From positions 947,444 through 1,011,443 of the forward strand of contig JBMNFL010000001.1 of the NCBI GenBank assembly GCA_050949315.1: 64,000 nt of DNA. Reading direction: 5' to 3'. Position 1 is the stretch's first letter, and each line of letters begins with the position of its first letter. Positions 59,703-64,000 of the stretch are shown here, piece after piece. The notes under the pieces are model-generated. The model had not been told where the DNA came from, made no database searches, and was given only the letters and a program-made list of their open reading frames with translations. The stretch is from Bacilli bacterium (GTDB lineage: Bacteria > Bacillota_I > Bacilli_A > RFN20 > UBA1709). Both the position numbers and the translations under genes were made by a program.

Positions 59703-61100
59703 ATGGAAGAGTTACAAGTTGGTTATCAGCCAGAACTTTTACTTGATGCCTTAAAAGAGCGTTCGGTTTTGAAGATCCGTCAAATCTTCGAAAATTTTAA
59801 TATTGTCGATATTGCGGATACGATTAACCAAATGGAAGATATCCAAAGTTTTTTATTTATCTATAAAACTGTTGCCCCCGAATATACCGCGGAAGCCTTT
59901 ACCTATCTAGATAGCAGCGTTAAAGAGCGGATTATCGAAATTTTAACCAGTGAACAAATAAGCAATATTTTAGCAAATCAATATAGTGACGATATTGTCG
60001 ATTTTATCCAAGAAATGCCCGCTAATTTAACAACGAAGATTTTGGCGGCAACACCCAAAGTTCGGCGTAATCAAATCAATCAACTTTTAAATTATCATGA
60101 AGACTCAGCGGGTTCAATCATGACCACCGAATTTATTGCTTTAAAAGAACAAGATACCATGGAGACGGCTTTAGCCAAGGTTAGAAAATTTGGGCGTAAA
60201 GCGGAAACGATTTCCTATCTTTTTGTCATTGATGAGAAAAGAATTTTAAAAGGAACTTTAAGATTAAAGGAAATATTCTTTATGGATGATAAAGAAGTTG
60301 TTTCCGATATTATGGAAAGCGACTTTGTCCATGTTTTAGCTAATGATGACCAAGAAGAAGTGGCTCAAACCTTTAAGAAATACGACTTAAACGCTATCCC
60401 AGTTACCACTAATGATGGTCGGTTAGTGGGCATTATTACCGCTGACGATATCATTGACGTCATTGAAGAAGAAGCGACCGAAGATATCCACATGATGGCA
60501 AATATCCAACCATTGGAATATGAATATAGCAAAACTTCTGTTTGGAGTCTAGCGAAAAAAGGCGTAGTTTGGATTATTATCCTAATGATTTCGGCTACCT
60601 TCACTTCTTTTATCATGAATGGTTACGAAAATGCGATGATAGTGGTTCCGGCACTCAGTATTTTTATTCCGATGTTAATTGACACCGCTGGTAATGCCGG
60701 CAACCAATCGGTTACTTTAGTTATCCGAGCTCTTTCTTTAGGCGAGATAAGTACGCGTGACTATTTGAAAGTTATCAGTAAAGAACTTGGTTCTGGAATC
60801 TTGGTTGGTCTAGCTGTAGCTGTTGTTAATTTTGTTTGGATTCTTTTCTTAGATGCCACCAAGCTTATTTCTTTAGTTAATTCCGATATTTCGCCTGTTT
60901 CTTTGGGAATTTTAGTGGCTTTAGCAATGTTTATCTCAATCGTTATTTCCAAATTCTTGGGAGCAAGTTTCCCCTTAATTATTAAAAAGCTTAAAATTGA
61001 TCCGGCTTTACTTGCCGGGCCTTTATTAACCACCTGTATTGATGCGATTTCTTTAGTAATTTATTTTTTATTAGCGACCCAAATTTTTCAATTGTTATAA
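59703..61100 (+). CDS. mgtE: Magnesium transporter MgtE
   Basis: SAGSIMTTEF, CBS pair, GNAGNQS, DPA..AGP..TT..D; GGAGG SD. Confidence 0.95.
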   Translation: MEELQVGYQPELLLDALKERSVLKIRQIFENFNIVDIADTINQMEDIQSFLFIYKTVAPEYTAEAFTYLDSSVKERIIEILTSEQISNILANQYSDDIVDFIQEMPANLTTKILAATPKVRRNQINQLLNYHEDSAGSIMTTEFIALKEQDTMETALAKVRKFGRKAETISYLFVIDEKRILKGTLRLKEIFFMDDKEVVSDIMESDFVHVLANDDQEEVAQTFKKYDLNAIPVTTNDGRLVGIITADDIIDVIEEEATEDIHMMANIQPLEYEYSKTSVWSLAKKGVVWIIILMISATFTSFIMNGYENAMIVVPALSIFIPMLIDTAGNAGNQSVTLVIRALSLGEISTRDYLKVISKELGSGILVGLAVAVVNFVWILFLDATKLISLVNSDISPVSLGILVALAMFISIVISKFLGASFPLIIKKLKIDPALLAGPLLTTCIDAISLVIYFLLATQIFQLL

Positions 61101-61115
61101 GAAGGAGGATTATTT

Positions 61116-61820
61116 ATGCCAACACCACACAACAGCGCCCCTCAAGACGCTTTTGCTAAAACAGTTCTCTTACCTGGAGATCCCTTGAGAGCCAAGTTTA
61201 TTGCCGACAACTTTTTAAGCGATGTTAAACAGGTAAATGATGTACGCAACATGCTAGCCTATACGGGCTATTACCAAGGTAAAAAAGTTTCAGTAATGGG
61301 ATCAGGGATGGGAATCCCGTCCATTGCCATTTATTGTACCGAACTCTATCAGCATTATGGAGTTGAAAATATCATTAGAATAGGTAGCTGTGGCGCTTAT
61401 CAAAAGCACCTAAAACTCTATGATGTTATTTTAGCGCAAGGTGCTTGTACGGATTCGAACTTTGCCCATCAATTTTTGCCAAATGGGGGCACTTATAGTG
61501 CCTTAGCGGATTTTTCCTTACTCAAAGCGGCGTATGATTATGCTTTGAAGCAGAAGATTAAAGTCCAGGTTGGGAATATTCTTTCTTCCGATATCTTTTA
61601 TAATGCTAATCCCTCAGCCTGGAAACAATGGCAAGCTTTAGGCGTGCTGGCGGTGGAGATGGAGGCTTATGCCCTATTTAGTACCGCAGCTAAATATCAG
61701 AAAAAAGCCTTGGCCATTTTAACGGTTTCGGACAGTCTAGTTTCCAAAGAAGAAACTACGGCTATCGAAAGAGAAAGGAATTTTAAGCAAATGGTTGAGA
61801 TTGCTCTCAATATTGCTTAA
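61116..61820 (+). CDS. deoD: Purine nucleoside phosphorylase DeoD-type
   Basis: MPTPH, PGDPLRA, GMGIPS, RIGSCG, VEME. Confidence 0.96.
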   Translation: MPTPHNSAPQDAFAKTVLLPGDPLRAKFIADNFLSDVKQVNDVRNMLAYTGYYQGKKVSVMGSGMGIPSIAIYCTELYQHYGVENIIRIGSCGAYQKHLKLYDVILAQGACTDSNFAHQFLPNGGTYSALADFSLLKAAYDYALKQKIKVQVGNILSSDIFYNANPSAWKQWQALGVLAVEMEAYALFSTAAKYQKKALAILTVSDSLVSKEETTAIERERNFKQMVEIALNIA

Positions 61821-61835
61821 AAAGGAAGATAATTT

Positions 61836-62831
61836 ATGCAATTAGGAAAAGTTTTTAAAGCCGCCGCCGTCACTTTTAAAGAAAATCGAGCAAAGATAGT
61901 TACTTTTGCTTTATCCTTAGGGATTTTTGCCAGTGTCGTTTATATTCTTTTGGATTTATTATTAGGGATAGGTTTACTTGGCCTAGTATTCTTAATACTA
62001 CCTTTATTAACCAGTGTTCAATATATCGCTCGTAAATGTGTTAATCGGGAAGAGGTTAATAGTAGTGATTTTTATTTAGGTTATAAAATTTATAGTCAGA
62101 GTCTTTTTTTACAAATGAAAACCTATCTTCGTGGTTTCCTTGTAGCCTTAGTTGGTTTTTTAGTTGGGGCCTTTATTATGGGGCTTATTCTTTATAGCAA
62201 AGCCCTTGTTGAATATCCTGAGTATTTTTCAGCGATTACCGATTATCAAGTGTTTTATGATAAACTTTTTTCCATCCCTTGGATGCGTCGTTGGCTAGCA
62301 TATGCTTCTTATGTGGCTTTCTTTTTAGGCGGTTTGAGTTATAGTCTTTTTGGTTTTTATAATCACTTAGGCCCTTATATTTGTTTTGAGACTAAGTTTA
62401 GTATCAATACAGCCATGGCTTTATCTAAAAAGTATTCGCTTGCCAACAAGAAATTTTTTAGTAAATTTGGCCTTGCTTTCTTATTTATTCTTGTGCCAAT
62501 GGTGGCTTTAGGTATTATCTTAAATGAATTACTTTATTTAGCGGGAACAACTAATGTGGTAGCTCATTGTAGTGCTTTCCTTTTGACAGCGATTTTAATG
62601 GCAGTCTATCTATTTTATTATGAGATTAGTTATTATCATATCTATCGTCATTATTTCCAAAAAGCCGTTCTTGCCACTTATAAACGCCATATGGAAACTC
62701 TGATGGGGGTAAATAAGGCTGAAGATGTACCTTTAGATGTTTCGGGAGCTGAAGATGAGGAAAAAAATGAACCCCCTTTCAAAGCCGAAGATTTTGATGA
62801 TCAAGGTGATGATAAAAAGGATCAAGGCTAA
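61836..62831 (+). CDS. Integral membrane protein with acidic C-tail
   Basis: About 6 hydrophobic segments; follows deoD with SD. Confidence 0.7.
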   Translation: MQLGKVFKAAAVTFKENRAKIVTFALSLGIFASVVYILLDLLLGIGLLGLVFLILPLLTSVQYIARKCVNREEVNSSDFYLGYKIYSQSLFLQMKTYLRGFLVALVGFLVGAFIMGLILYSKALVEYPEYFSAITDYQVFYDKLFSIPWMRRWLAYASYVAFFLGGLSYSLFGFYNHLGPYICFETKFSINTAMALSKKYSLANKKFFSKFGLAFLFILVPMVALGIILNELLYLAGTTNVVAHCSAFLLTAILMAVYLFYYEISYYHIYRHYFQKAVLATYKRHMETLMGVNKAEDVPLDVSGAEDEEKNEPPFKAEDFDDQGDDKKDQG

Positions 62832-62886
62832 AAAAACTTGTATTTTTAAGTCCAATGGTGTATATTCCTATTTGGACTTTAATTTT

Positions 62887-62962
62887 GGGGCTGTAGCTCA
62901 CCTGGGAGAGCGCTTCCATGGCATGGAAGAGGTAGCGAGTTCGAGTCTCGTCTGCTCCACCA
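62887..62962 (+). tRNA. tRNA-Ala(GGC)
   Basis: G3:U70 pair, TGGCA anticodon loop, CCA; U6-U67 mismatch in acceptor stem. Confidence 0.93.
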
Positions 62963-63253
62963 CTTAACAAAAAAAACGAACTTTAAGGAAGACACTAGAT
63001 TTTTATTAGGAAGGTTCGTATTGAGGCATAGATTTGAATTTAAATCTAAAACCAAATAGATGAATAGCACTTAGGCTCAGGCTTAGGCGCTATTTTAATT
63101 TTATTAAAGCTAAGGCAAAAATATAGGGCTCAAATGTACTTATAGTCATGAACAAAAATAAAAAAATAAGCACAATTTTTTCTTATAAGTGTTATACTAA
63201 AGCTGGTAGTTATTGATGTATCAAGTATTATTAAATACAAAAGGGGAAGAAAT

Positions 63254-63724
63254 ATGAAAAAAACAATTTTAGCATCCTTGCTTTTGCTCCCAATTATTAT
63301 TGGTTGTAGTCCAACGGCCAATGGCAAACGTCCAGTAAATGAAATTATAAATCAATATTCAATTAAAGATAAACAACCTACAAGGATATGGTACTATCAA
63401 TTTGGAGCGGCTACAAACACAATTTTTGATATTGATACTTCTAAATATTCCGAAGTTATGAGCAAGTTTTCGGATTTAAAAATGGAACAAAAAGATACAA
63501 TTCAAAAAAACACAACGAAAGATTTTTATATCTCTATTTTTTATGATAACGAAAGTGTTGAGGATAAATATGTAATTGGAATGACTGATAATATTGCCTA
63601 TATGACGTTTACTTTTGATGGAGAAGTAAAATCCTATACAGTAAGTATAAGTGATGAACTTTATAAAAATGCAAAAGATTATTTTGATAATATGCAAAAG
63701 AATATAGCTACTCTAAAAAAATAA
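63254..63724 (+). CDS. Lipoprotein of unknown function
   Basis: MKK + hydrophobic stretch + IIGC lipobox. Confidence 0.75.
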   Translation: MKKTILASLLLLPIIIGCSPTANGKRPVNEIINQYSIKDKQPTRIWYYQFGAATNTIFDIDTSKYSEVMSKFSDLKMEQKDTIQKNTTKDFYISIFYDNESVEDKYVIGMTDNIAYMTFTFDGEVKSYTVSISDELYKNAKDYFDNMQKNIATLKK

Positions 63725-63740
63725 AATAAATTTGCTTTCT

Positions 63741-63777
63741 AAAACTAGGTAACCAAGATATGGTCATCTAGTTTTTT
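63741..63777. terminator. Bidirectional terminator
   Basis: aaaactag...ctagttttt. Confidence 0.6.
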
Positions 63778-63782
63778 ATTGA

Positions 63783-64000
63783 TTATAAAGACAAGGAACT
63801 TTGCTCCGAAAACAGATGTTCAGGCAAGGCATATTTATTTAAATACATGCGATAATTTTGTTGGAAGTCTTCGCTTTTTTCACGAAACTCGCGTAGAGTA
63901 GTATGCGTATTCATATTGTTTTTGGCTTTATCAATTAAAGAGATGGCAATATTTGAACAATGGTCGGCGATTCTTTCAAAGTTAGTCAAAAGGTCTGACC
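63783..64000 (-). CDS. Na/Pi cotransporter family protein, C-terminal PhoU-like domain (truncated by window)
   Basis: LTNFERIADHCSNIA motif. Confidence 0.72.
   Translation of the reverse strand, partial: SDLLTNFERIADHCSNIAISLIDKAKNNMNTHTTLREFREKSEDFQQNYRMYLNKYALPEHLFSEQSSLSL

Noticed and set aside
62887-62962. tRNA-Ala pseudogene because of the U6-U67 mismatch
   Set aside because: Single mismatch; G3:U70, arms, CCA and an upstream promoter-like sequence are intact.
1-64000. CRISPR array or cas genes
   Set aside because: No regularly spaced repeat-spacer series seen; the 25-bp repeats occur only as pairs flanking IS elements.
1-64000. Mycoplasma-type code (TGA=Trp)
   Set aside because: Genes such as secY, acpP and ecfA2 end at TGA at the expected lengths, and the tRNA-Trp anticodon is CCA.

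Overview
Low-GC Bacilli chromosome segment in the standard genetic code (TGA stops, tRNA-Trp(CCA)). It is probably from a genome-reduced, Mollicute-adjacent lineage; that is inferred from RpoB H526N, RpoC inserts, no rpmD in the spc operon and an archaeal/eukaryal-type ProRS. Core content: end of rplL, rsmC, rpoB-rpoC, the S10-spc-alpha superoperon, ecfAAT-truA, proS-acpP, an ABC-F, coaD, mgtE, deoD and 10 tRNAs. Accessory content: three IS481/IS1202-like elements of two types, an IS3/IS150-like end remnant, three GGDEF/EAL genes, and an AT-rich tRNA-Trp islet (AAA_14-DUF4143 ATPases, Phd-Doc). Top leads: (1) two divergent IS elements each made an exact 25-bp target duplication that covers the -35 box and spacer of a host sigmaA-type promoter in nearly the same register and orientation, suggesting promoter-targeted, promoter-preserving transposition; (2) a membrane-anchored paralog of the uL15 globular domain; (3) an S1 RNA-binding domain fused to glucose-6-phosphate isomerase; (4) a His15-less HPr with cre-like sites; (5) a degenerate GGDEF-EAL protein directly upstream of proS. 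All calls come from reading the sequence by eye; no database searches were run.
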